64,000 nucleotides of DNA from Podarcis gaigeae. Its lineage: Eukaryota. The notes below the pieces were generated by a model. The model searched no databases. It saw nothing but the letters and a program-made list of their open reading frames with translations, and was not told the DNA's origin. Made by a program: the position numbers and the translations under genes. This document shows, piece by piece, positions 1 through 10,716 of the stretch; position 1 is the first letter of the stretch; the number at the start of each line of letters is the position of its first letter. The DNA lies in the NCBI GenBank assembly GCA_964106915.2, contig OZ066914.1; one strand, given 5' to 3'.

Positions 1-1479
1 TACCAACAAGTATAACCTTGTCCAGTGGTAAGGTTTGTTGTCACTGTACACATATATAGTTCTTGCAGCTCAGGTATACCTACTGACAGGGAATTGCTCC
101 ATAAGTGTCTAAGTCACAACAGCTTAAACAAAACCCTTACATTGTATGGCTTATAGCTTTGGTCTAAGATGTGATGCTGTCTTTGCACTGGTATGCAGGT
201 AAAATGGAACTCTTAGCTGCCTAACTCCTCCACACAGCCTATTATCATCTCAGTTCCCTTACAGATTTTCCATTATTGATGAAGGGGAAACAAGACAACC
301 AACTCTTCAGCTCTCAAAGATGGTTTCAGGTGGCACCTGCTCAGAAAGCAGAGCTCAAAGCCTATAAAGAGACAGTGTGACATGTCCCTTTCTCCAAACA
401 CAAAGGATGAAAACATAAGACTAAAGCTGAATCCACATCATATATTTAAAGAACATTTATCTCAAAGATTTCTGAGAACTGTAACTTGTTGAGGTGCTAG
501 GAACTGTAGCTGTGTGAAAGGTAAACTACAGTGCCCAGGATTTTTTGTGTTGAAATGTGTGTTAAATATACAGTGTGCATGCAGCCTACCTTCCATCACT
601 CTTGCCACTGGAAAGTATTACTTCTTGGGACCTCTCTTGCCCTGCAGGCTCTCCTTCCAGCCAGAGAATCTCCACAAGCTCATCAAGTATTTATCATTAT
701 TATGATTGTTTATTGTATTTATATACCACCCTATACCCAGAGGTCTCAGGGCAATTCACAAGAGTGGCTGGGAAAACTCAGCCAGATGGGCAGGGTATGA
801 ATAATACATAATTATTATAAAATCAAAATATAAAATCACAAAATACATAATGAAAAATAAAAACAACAACCCAATAACGAGGTTCTCAAAAGAGTTATGC
901 ATTTGGCAAGCACTGAAAGATATAAGGTGGTACAACACTGCACAATCAATAACAGAAAATTAACTGCAGACTTCTCAGTTCTGAGCAATACTTAATTCTC
1001 CCTCAATCAAAGGCACCACAAGAACACAATCAGCTGTAAGCCAGCTTCTCACTAGAAGCCCAATCTAATCTCCCCAATTTCCCACCATTAGGGTCAATGC
1101 CACCAGCTGTTTAAAAAACAATCATTACCCTCCTACAACACATGCTGCTAAGTCGTTCTTCCCACCTTCCTTTCACCGCACATACTAGTCAGACGCGCTC
1201 CCCTTGCTGCATTTCTCTGAACCCATCGCCACTCAACGGCTAATTCTAGTATTTTTTACAGCACTGTTCAAAACACTTCACTTGCATTCTCAATATCTTT
1301 TCCCCCTCTTCCACAGCTGCCCTTTGAGGCGAGACCCAGCACTGCCCTTTTCCCTACATTCACACAAGCGAGAACGGCTCCCATACACACAGGAAAATAG
1401 TTCTGCGCGCTTCCTTCCTTCACCCGCTTTCCTTTTCACAACCCGAACCAGGAGAAAGAAAGAAAGAAAGAATCCTTTT

Positions 1480-2640
1480 TTCACCTTGCCCGCCCCCCCC
1501 CGGGAACGATTGTATTCAGCTGCTGGGTGAGTTGTGCCCGCACTTTGATCCCACCTAAGGGAAAGGTGACCATAACAGATGCTCAGCCCTGCGCCTCCAA
1601 AGCGCTGCCTCAGGTCCTTCGGGGCTCCACCTTTGCCCCCTCCCCAACTCCTCGCTTTCTTGACCTCGGGCGCCACCAGGAAGGCAGAAGCGGCGCCTCA
1701 CACCCCGAAACCCGTCCGCCCGCCGTCGGCCTCCCTCGGCTACGCGACTAGCAGCAGCTCCGCACGGACTGGGGAGAAGCCGGAGCCCGAGCCTGCCTTT
1801 TCTCCCTCACCTTGGTGGTTGAACAGCCTCCATATCCGAGCGAAGAGGATTCCCATGCTCAGGCGGCGGGAGCTTCGGCCGCCCCCCGGGGCAGCTCCGC
1901 ACCGGCTCACCACTTCTTCCCCGCTCGGCCTCCCCCCGCGCTCAGTCCCTGGCCACAGCCCAGCTGCGGGGAGTGAGGAGGAGCGGAGCGGCAGCTGGAA
2001 GGTGGTAGTAGTAGTGGCAACGGTGGCGGTGCAGGCCCCGCGCCTCGGAGACGGTCGCCCGCAGCAACGCCGCCGCCGCGCGCCCCTCGCCGCTCCTCGC
2101 GGACATTGCCGCCGGCCTCGCCGCAACTACTTCTCTCCTCTCCGCCCCTCCTTCTCGAGCTTCGCTTTTTTTTCCCCCTAGGCCTCGCCGCTCTGAGGGG
2201 AACGGATGGTGTTTGGGCACCGCCGGACACCGTCCGAGGGAAACTGAGAGAGCGCTCCCGTCCGTCATCCAGCGTCCGTGCGTGCGCGCTCCCGCTCCTA
2301 CCGCAAAGCGCCGCTTTTCCAGCCGAGCAGGCAGGATCATGCGACGACGCCAGGGGGCGGGGCGTATCATAGAGTGAGCGGGGTTTGCAGAGTGAGGGCG
2401 GGGTCGACCCAAGTGGGCGGGGAACGCTCGTCACCCTCCAAGGGCTTCGCCGAATGGTGGGAGTTCAAAGACTGCATGCTCCGCTCCGCCCCCGCTTTGT
2501 GATTGGCTGAGAAGGGGTTCCACTCGTGCGAGGCTCCGGGCTACGCTGCTGCTCTTTGGCTTGGAGGCAGTTGGGGAGATGGCGGGCGTAGGCACTAACG
2601 CGTTGCTTTCTTTTCGTCCTCTGGAAGGGAAGGGTGGCTC
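1480..2640. promoter_or_regulatory. CpG island / ARL5A promoter and 5' UTR, with GC boxes, CCAAT, ZNF143-like and YY1-like motifs
   Basis: Very GC/CpG-rich against an AT-rich background. GGGCGGGG boxes at ~2354, 2396, 2415 and CCGCCCC at 2487; ATTGG at 2502; CTCCCACCATTC on minus at ~2452-2463; AGATGGCGG at ~2577-2585. Confidence 0.85.
1811..1856 (-). CDS. ARL5A: ADP-ribosylation factor-like 5A, coding exon 1 (rest of gene lies left of the window)
   Basis: Minus strand ATG at 1856 reads MGILFARIWRLFNHQ(G), matching the ARL5A N-terminus (human MGILFTRIWRLFNHQE). The 46-nt coding part ends at a G|GTGAGG donor. It lies in a CpG island and is syntenic with CACNB4. Confidence 0.95.
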
Positions 2641-3785
2641 GCTGGCTCTTCGGCTCCTTTAATGTTTCGAAACTTCAGTCAAAATGGCTCGAATAAATAA
2701 ATAATAGGAATTGTATGGTGTTTCGGGATCTTTTTCTTCCGTTACTTTAGGGTTTGGCAAATTGCCCTCCTTATAAAGGCACCTCGTGGGCTAAAAGAAT
2801 CGGCAGAGCTCGAAGGAGTTTGGGGTTTCTTGGAATATGGAGGCACAGCATGTGTCTCCAGTGTCCCTGCATAGATAGGCACATGCCTGGCTCGCTTAAG
2901 ACACTGCATAGAGTCTCTATTCTCAACAACGGTGGCTCTCGCGGGTAGAGAATTATTTTTGCATATTTGTAAATGGAATCTCTGCTATTCTGTTGTTCTG
3001 CTCCTTTGGGCCTTTTGTCCTTCCCGGCTGTGATGCTTTGTGGTTTATATTTCTTATGCGTCGTCGTTTTACTTTTGGTCATGTCCGCACCTCTTAACAA
3101 AATCTGATCTGAAATGGTGGGAGTCGGAATCAATGAAAGTTTCTCAGGGAATCAAGCCGGTAGCATCAGGTTTTGCTACTTTTCAAGACGGCTGCTCATC
3201 CAGGGGGTGGGTGACTTTGTGTGGGTTTTTTAATTTTGATTTTTAGTTGTTTCGTTTTTTATTAAGTGGTTTTTTAGTTTTTTATACTGTAAGCCACTTT
3301 GTGATCATCGGGTGAAGGGCGGCATGTAAATTTAATAGGACAATAAATAAATTCCATAGATTAATAATAAGTAATACTGTACCAACAGCCATGGCTCTAA
3401 CATCAAGATACATGTAGCACCCAATGTGTGGAATGCACTTAATTGTGATAAAATGTTTTAAATGCGTTTTTGTTTGAATGGTTTACTACTTTGCTACTGT
3501 CCGCTCTGGGTTCCTCTGGGAGGAGGGAACAGAATAGATATGTAATAAATAAATAATAAGCAAACAAAAACCTCCAGCCTTTTCCCCACCCGTTTTGTAT
3601 TAACATCCAGTCTGTTGAACAGTTCTGACTACTTCAAAGCTTACTGACAAAAGTTGGTCGTAACAATGCTACAGACCATACTGTGTGTGGCTTTTTGGTG
3701 GTTTTTCCTCTCTAATGGATCAACACAGCTACCTACAATTGTTGTTTCTCTGCAATGTCCACAATAGCTGGGTTAGCACCTTTCA

Positions 3786-4012
3786 TATTTATTTATTTAT
3801 TTATTTATTACAATTATATCTCACCTTTCTTCCAGAGAGCTCAAGATGACATTCATGCTTCTCCCTTTTTTCCAATTTTATCCTCACAGCAAGACTGAGA
3901 CTGAGAGACAGGGACCCAGGGCAAGGTCGCACCCAGTGAGCTTTGTGACTGAGTGGGGATTTGAACCCTGGTCTTCCAAGTCCTCTTCCAGCACTACACC
4001 ACACTGGTACCA
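3786..4012 (-). mobile_element. tRNA-derived SINE (Squam3/MIR-like), degraded
   Basis: Minus strand has an A box (TGGTGTAGTG), a B box (GGTTCAAATCC), a core GCTCACTGGGTG..ACCTTG and an (AATA)n tail. Confidence 0.7.
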
Positions 4013-4889
4013 CCAGGCATACATAGCCTCCGGAGATATATTCCATGTTTCTTCGCTGACTGTTCTGTTTTCTTTCTTTCTTTCAGTAGCATACAAGTCA
4101 AAATGTACATATCTTAGTCTATATACTTGCTTGATAAAATAAATGAATGTGCTCCTGCTTTCCTGCATCATGGCCCATGAGTACAAAAGCACTAGGATAA
4201 TCTTAAAATTAATGTTAATATTTACAGTTAACCTGTATTCTAACACATCTCATGGGTAGTAAGTCTTTTACTGTAACTGTAATCCGTTATTCTTCCAGCT
4301 TAAATGTGATGTAGATGTGAAGTTCTGGAGCTCAACAGTAGAGCACATATTTTAAGAAGTTAAATAATTTCACATAGCTTACCCACAATTCAAAACAATT
4401 TTCCATTACAAAAATACACTAAAACAGCCATAAAAGCCCAAACAGCAGAGAGAGAGAGAGAGAGAGAGAGGAGAAGAAGTACAAACAGCTATCAAGAACA
4501 ATTTAATGGTAGCAATTAGAATCATGTCAAAAAGGAAGCAACCACTTAGGGATCAAAAGTGTTCCTAAAAAAAAGGAAGATTGTGACCATCCTACGGAAG
4601 ACCATTATAATTTTTTTTATTGCATTTTTATCCCACTCTTTAACCAAAAATAGGCTCCCAGAGCAATTTACAAGTGACAATGATAAGACAGCCCCTGCCT
4701 TTAGGCTTACAATCTAAAGAAACAGAAACTGCATTTCAATTTTTGCAATGTAAAAGAAATAGACATAATGAAGGGGAGGATGAACCACCTTTGAAAAGCA
4801 GTTCCAGGTCTCTTGTCCCAGCTAAGCATATTTGGGGGGAAGTGGGGCACACAGGAGACAGTAAGCAGGCAGTTTCCTAAAGGACTTTA

Positions 4890-5065
4890 AAGCTCAAACA
4901 TTGAATTTGGCCTGGCAACAAAATAGAAGCCAGCACAGTCGTTTCAAGTAAAGAGTCATGTGCATCTTATATGCAGCCCCCATTAGCCTGGCTTCAGTAT
5001 TCTGGACCAGTTAAAGTACCCTTCAAAGGCAGCCCTATGTAGAGCACTCCACAGTGATCTAAGCA
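4890..5065 (-). mobile_element. LINE2 ORF2 fragment
   Basis: Minus strand encodes LDHCGVLYIGLPLK..LVQNTEARL, resembling the L2 RT C-terminal 'LDYCNALYxGLPLK..LQLVQNAAARL'. Confidence 0.65.
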
Positions 5066-5302
5066 TCATATCACTATAGACCAATGATCTGTATAATTGA
5101 CAGAGAGCCCAACTATGCTATCACCTGGGCTGCAGTCCTATACAAATGTATTTAGGCATAAGTCCCACTGCATTTAATGGGACTTACTTTAGCCTCAATA
5201 GGATTAGACTCTTAAGTTTCATAAACAGTGGAGAATTTTCAGGAAGGTCACAAACCTGGAGTTAGAAGGGGAGTCAGACATGCTGGTGCTCAAAATCCAA
5301 TA

Positions 5303-5549
5303 CAGTGGTACCTTGGTTGTCGAACGGCTTGGCTCCCAAACAAATCGGCTCCCGAACGCCACAAACTTGGAAGTGTTCCAATTTGCAAACGTTTTTTGGA
5401 AGCTGAACTACTGACGTGGCTTCTGCGGCTTCTGATTGAGTGCAGGAGGCTCCTGCAGGCAATCGGAAGCTGCGCCTTGATTTTCGAACAGTTTCGGGAA
5501 TCGAACGCACTCCCGGAATGGATAAAGTTCGACAACCAAGGTACCGCTG
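5303..5549. mobile_element. Tc1/mariner (Tigger-like) MITE, copy 1
   Basis: TIRs CAGTGGTACCTTGGTTGTCGAAC / GTTCGACAACCAAGGTACCGCTG with flanking TA dinucleotides (5301-5302, 5550-5551). Confidence 0.9.
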
Positions 5550-6316
5550 TAGTGGCTACAGAACCACTGTCTGCAAAGTGCTCATGCTCTTTTCTCCCAG
5601 GACCTTGAGCTGGAACTATGCAAGCAACAGGTGGACAATGGTGCAGCTTCCAGGCAGTCTCTAGAAACTGCAAGAATCCATGCAGACTGTTCATCCTACC
5701 TGCCTGGGCAGAGCAGCTATCCAGCATTGAGAGTAATGAGAAGGGATGGGTTTGAATTGAAGCAAGATTTCAGTTTAGGATGGAAGTAGTGAAGGGAAGG
5801 CACTCCTGTCAAGATGCTGTTTAATATCCCCTTAATCTTGGTCCACAGATTTTTCTGTGGCTTTGGAATGCACACAACTTAGATGAGGATCACCTGGTAC
5901 TCACTTGTCAAAAAAAGGTACTTTCTTAAAAACACACACCACGCACTGGCCTCTTTGAAAGTAATGTAAGTGCAACAAAGACCTGTAACACACCCAAGAT
6001 AAGTTATCTGACATCTCTCATTTGAATACTATTTTGAATACCATTTGTTTTCTCATTAAAATGCTGGAGAATGGTGGGGTGGAATTCATCATGGCACTAA
6101 AAGGGTGTTTTAAAAGATGTAGCACTAGTATGCTCACTCTGTGAAGTCAGTCAAGCTGGACTCTGAAGCACAATGCACAGTGCTCCCCCAGATCAGAACC
6201 CCCCTTTTCTGAAATAAATTTTATTTTTGCATTTTCTATTTTACATAAACAAATTCCTTTCCACAACCCTCCTTGACCACTTTTACCTGCTTGACATACG
6301 ACTTTGAACTGTGATT

Positions 6317-9055
6317 ATGGTTCTTGTTTGCCTGCATAGAGGATGGTGGTATGTGTAGATCAGTAGCTTTTGCATGCCTGCAATATAGCCTACTGTACAA
6401 AGGTCGGGGTCACATACATTGTTCCACCCATTTTGCCTCTGGAATGTGTAAGGTTGTCTGCAAGGGAGTGCAACCCGCGACTTAAGAAAAGGTTCCCAGC
6501 TTTAGAGCAGCGTGTAATTATGTATGATGATAAAGGAAATGCTCAAGCTCCACCTTTTAAAAATGTTTTCTGCTTGTTAGGTCTAACCGCTCAGAGATAA
6601 GACATGTAGGCATAGAGTCTAGACGTTTTTGTTTGATTTATTGTAGAAAAAATGTTGTTAATGCAGTTTAATACATCTAAATTCCATAAAACAAATCCAT
6701 AGAAATCAGGGTACTGTAAGCATGCAGTCTGCATTTTCTTCTGTTAGATGTTTTGGGCTCACAAAAATAACAACACTTTTTGTTTTCCTTGAAAGCCACT
6801 AAAAGCAGAGAGAGAGCAAAACATGCGACACTGTACACATTTGCATAGTATATTTTTACCCAGCATGCCTGTAGAATGCTACACATACGGTATCTATAGA
6901 GTAAAAAGAAGAAGGGGCAAATCTGCAAAAAGGAAAACAACTAAATAGAAAATGTCTGTTATTTTGGTTTTGCAAAGGCATTTAATTCCAATATCCACAA
7001 TGCACCCAAAATGTCTCCCACATGTGGGATAGCCATAATGTCCAGAGAACTCAATGGAAAACAAGTTTGGGTCAGCGCTGAGATATTTTGTACAGATTAG
7101 TGTACTTTCCTCAAGGTCTCAGGCTGAGATACTAGATTATTCACATCACACTATTATGCAACAACAAATTCCCGTTTCGGATTCTTTGTGTACACGAGAA
7201 GGAGCTCAGGCACAATTTCAGAGGTGATACAAATTTAATTCTAGATGATACATTCCTTGCGGAGGCAGTTACAGACTACCTTCCACTCCCAACTCATTAT
7301 GGACTCCCAAAAGGAGCATAATGACTTAAATCCTTAGTTTATACTTGGGAGTTTGTTTGTGCAAGTTCGAGTCTTTAAGCAATTGTTACATTTCAAAGGC
7401 AAAACTGTTATTACAAGTTGTGTGATATTTCACTGGGATATTTTACTCAATAGGCCAGGCCTGGGGATATAGATGTATTGTGGGATATATTTTTCAGTCT
7501 TCCTTTGCAAAAGAGAAAGCGTGAAATTCAAGTGAACACAAAATTGGAGCTCACTTATAAATTGAAATTCTAGAACATGGGGGAAAGAAGTAAGGTCGGA
7601 GAACGAAGAAAAACCCAGGCCTGTTGATTCTGAAAAGCTAATTCACACTGAGTTTATTGGATACACTTTCGTGGCAAATAAGGAAATTGCTTGGCTCTGA
7701 AATGAACTGGTGAAGAAGTCTAATGCAGTAAATCGAAGTGCTGGAAAATGCAGATCAATTTCTTAATCTGGAACCAATGATTTACCCAACTCCCTCCCCC
7801 CCCAAAAAACACACCCAAACCCCTACAATGGCAGATCCAGCAATGTAAATGTAATTTTGTGCTATTTCAAATGTGCTTTTTTCTAGCTCCTTCATATTTT
7901 TGGCAAAATATATTTTTCTGTAATTTTATAATGTACAATATAATGTCTTGAGACTTCGTTTGATTTTTCTACTGCTAATACGAAATTACAATAAATAATA
8001 GAGCTATTTTTTTAAAAAAAGTGTTAATAAGACATATGATGAATACTTGCGAGATCTCTGGGGATAGATCCTGAGATTACTTAGCACTGGGCATAATGTT
8101 TAGTCATAGAACTAAAACATTTAAAGGAGCCATTTTCAGCAGTGAGACTTTAGTAGGTGATAGAAGCTGGAGAATCCAATCCCCGAAATTGCAATGCGCA
8201 GGCCATTGATTGGAAATTCTAGTGATTCTTGTGCTCAAAAAGGCAAATCTATTCAGTAATACTAATGAGATGCAAATGTTTTCCACAGTAGCTATCTTCT
8301 TTTCCACTACAGTTTAAAATACAATAGCTACTAAAAAAGAATTATAAATTATGTTTAAAATTGTTTTCCCCCTGTCACCTTGAAAATGCTTCCTTTAGAT
8401 CAAAGGAATTGATGTAAAGAGGAAGTTTTTCTATGCTAGTTATCTGAAAAAATATTCCACAAATTTCAGGAAAAAAATAGTGTCTTCATTATTTATAACT
8501 AAATAAATTTCATCCTAGTTTGAGTCTAGAGCCCTTTGTCCAAATCCATTCCTTTAGGTATTTTCTACTCTTTTTCGACATTGTATGTTTTGGATCTGAA
8601 AGAATACGTAATACCAAGTCAGTTAGTTTGTTTAACTTGTCGTTCTTAAAATGTGGGCCTTCTTTGTGGTAACAAAAGGGAACAGTGTTGCTTTTGCCAA
8701 ATTTGATACTGGCTAGGCTAATATTGTTGTAATCCATCTAGCCACTAAAATCTGGAGTGGATCATAGAATAAGTGTTTTGATGATTGTATGTCTATTGGT
8801 TTTTTTAAATAAAAAATTAAGGTAATGATGAATCATGGGGGAGGAGGTGGAATCAATTGTAGTAGCACTCCTTTTAACCAAGCAATCATGCAAATTAAAT
8901 TAAATACAAATCTGCATGAATTACATCATTTCCGTTTCAAATAAATTTCCAACTTTTCAATTCAGTGGCCAATGTATGAAATATATTGTGGATATAATTT
9001 AATAAAAAGGGCTTTGCCTTATGTTTTATTAATTTTGGACTTCTAAAGAATCGTG
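6317..9055 (+). pseudogene. Decayed gamma-type retroviral envelope (env) remnant; boundaries approximate
   Basis: C-GNKREQ-CC-F (CX6CC) at 8665-8694, preceded by LKEYV-IPSQ (each IPSQ codon is one base from LQNR) and FNLSFLKCG (cf. LDLLFLKEG), followed by AKFDTG (cf. YADHTG). KRKR/E at 7511-7525 is in frame with TWEFVC at 7343. LPYVLLILDF/LKNR at 9014-9054. Several frameshifts and stops must be assumed. Confidence 0.6.
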
Positions 9056-9589
9056 AGCATCATGGAGGCCAAATAGAAACCACTGCAAAACTATAGCACA
9101 ACAAAACAATGGAAACTTACGGGCCTTGAATACCCCAATCAAAAACAAACTTTTAAAGAAAGAGTACTTAGATTTAAACAAGCTTTGGAACTACACATCT
9201 TAATCCTAATTCAATGAGATTACAAGGATTCTAAAACAAAGCAGAAGACTCCTGTTGGCAGCTCTAGAGATAGAAATCATGTACTCAACAGCAGAAAATC
9301 CCTGGTTTCAAGTACTGTACTCTGGCGTTAAATAATGTAAGATGAAGCAGCAGGATTGTGGCAGAGAGACTCACAGCTTTCATATTCATTTCCTATACGG
9401 AAGGTACTTTCTGTGCAGAAAAAGTATTCTGTTTAAAGTAGCTTCTCTGTCCTCAAACTGAATTTGAAGTGCAGTTGTGGGTCTGTGTAACTACCATTAT
9501 ATGACAAACAATCTGTATTGTTCAAAATACAGCTACTAGGCTATTGACTAGGACTGGTGGCTGGAACAGTATTTCAGCAATCATTAAAG

Positions 9590-9720
9590 TCCTTAACTAG
9601 CAACCGTTGTCAGGCACAATTCAAAGTCCTGGTGCTTAGCCATAAAGCCCATATATGGCTTGGGACAAGGTACTGAAAGAACGCCTGCTCCCTGGTCAGC
9701 CTGTCTGAGCAAATATACTT
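9590..9720 (+). mobile_element. LINE2 ORF2 3' fragment (its probable tail resumes at ~10385-10500)
   Basis: AQFKVLVLSHKA..YGLG motif typical of the L2 C-terminus; an L2-type tail (TGTAAACTGCCCAG..) follows the BovB insert. Confidence 0.55.
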
Positions 9721-9897
9721 TTTGAAGACTCTCCCAGCCAAAAACAATAGCTCTCCTTTCCCTTTTCTAATGAGAGACAAGCTATCTGAGGTAAGGTGCA
9801 GTGGCCAGAGGAAAATCTTGGTAACTTTTGTTAGTGAAATTTCCTCCCCAGGGTGGTTCCGCTGTCACCAACACACTTACCCTTATTTGGCACAAGG

Positions 9898-10334
9898 CAG
9901 TATTGATGTATGGAAGTGAGAGCTGGACCATAAAGAAGGCTGATCGCCGAAGAATTGATGCTTCTGAATTACGGTGCTGGAGGAGACTCTTGAGAGTCCC
10001 ATGGACTGCAAGAAGATCAAACCTAGCCATTCTTAAGGAAATCAGCCCTGAGTGCTCACTGGAAGGACAGATCCTGAAGCTGAGACTCCAATACTTTGGC
10101 CACCTCATGAGAAGAGAAGACTCCCTGGAAAAGACCCTGATGTTGGGAAAGATGGAGGGCACAAGGAGAAGGGGACGACAGAGGAGGAGATGGTTGGATA
10201 GTGTTCTCGAAGCTACCAGCATGAGTTTGACCAAATTGCGGGAGGCAGTGGAAGACAGGAGTGCCTGGCGTGCTCTGGTCCATGGGGTCACGAAGAGTTG
10301 GACATGACTAAACGACTAAACAACAACAACAACA
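9898..10334 (+). mobile_element. BovB (RTE-clade LINE), 5'-truncated 3' end
   Basis: Encodes MYGSESWTIKKADRRRIDA..LRLQYFGHLMRR..WRALVHGVTKS, followed by a GACTAAAC repeat and (CAA)n tail; nearly identical to 63570-64000. Confidence 0.95.
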
Positions 10335-10593
10335 TAAATATAATAATTGTCCCAGCTTTTACATTTTTAAATTGAACTCTTTTTAGCTGTGGTGTTTATT
10401 GTATGTTTGGATTTTTTTTTCTTTTACTATGCATTTTTATTTTGGTGTAAACTGCCCAGGGACCATAGCTGAAGAGCACTGTACAGATTTATTTAAATTA
10501 CATATCTCAAACCCCATGGAGAGAAAAGCTCTTGGCTAATGAGAAACCTGTCAATACTAGGGCTGCAACCTTTAATTGTTTAGTTAAATAAAG

Positions 10594-10716
10594 CAATGCT
10601 GGGGGAACCTGTGGCCCCCCTCCAACTCTCATTGCTCAGTCAGCATGGGCTATGGTCAGGGATTATGGGAGTTGTAGTCGAACATCATCTCAAGGGCCAC
10701 AGATTCCCCAGCCTTG
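10594..10716. mobile_element. Short palindromic hAT-like MITE (other copies ~16730-16868, 24001-24116, 32104-32203, 39259-39383, 42570-42706)
   Basis: Self-complementary ends GGGGAACCTGTGGCCC / GGGCCACAGATTCCCC and internal CAACTC(C/T)CAT / TGGGAGTTGTAG; the family recurs six times in the window. Confidence 0.75.

Noticed and set aside
1204-2502. Many overlapping 100-200 aa ORFs at the CpG island
   Set aside because: Arg/Pro/Gly-rich, stop-poor GC artefacts; only the 46-nt ARL5A exon has protein support.
8043-8120. Homeodomain-like LARSLGIDPEIT..W
   Set aside because: No WFxNRR or helix 1; weak, and better explained within the env-like block or by chance.
8104-8737. Minus-strand ORFs with faint L1-like words (KYL..WI, KIATV)
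   Set aside because: Only 3-4 residue matches and no RT core motifs; the plus-strand ISD/CX6CC match is stronger.
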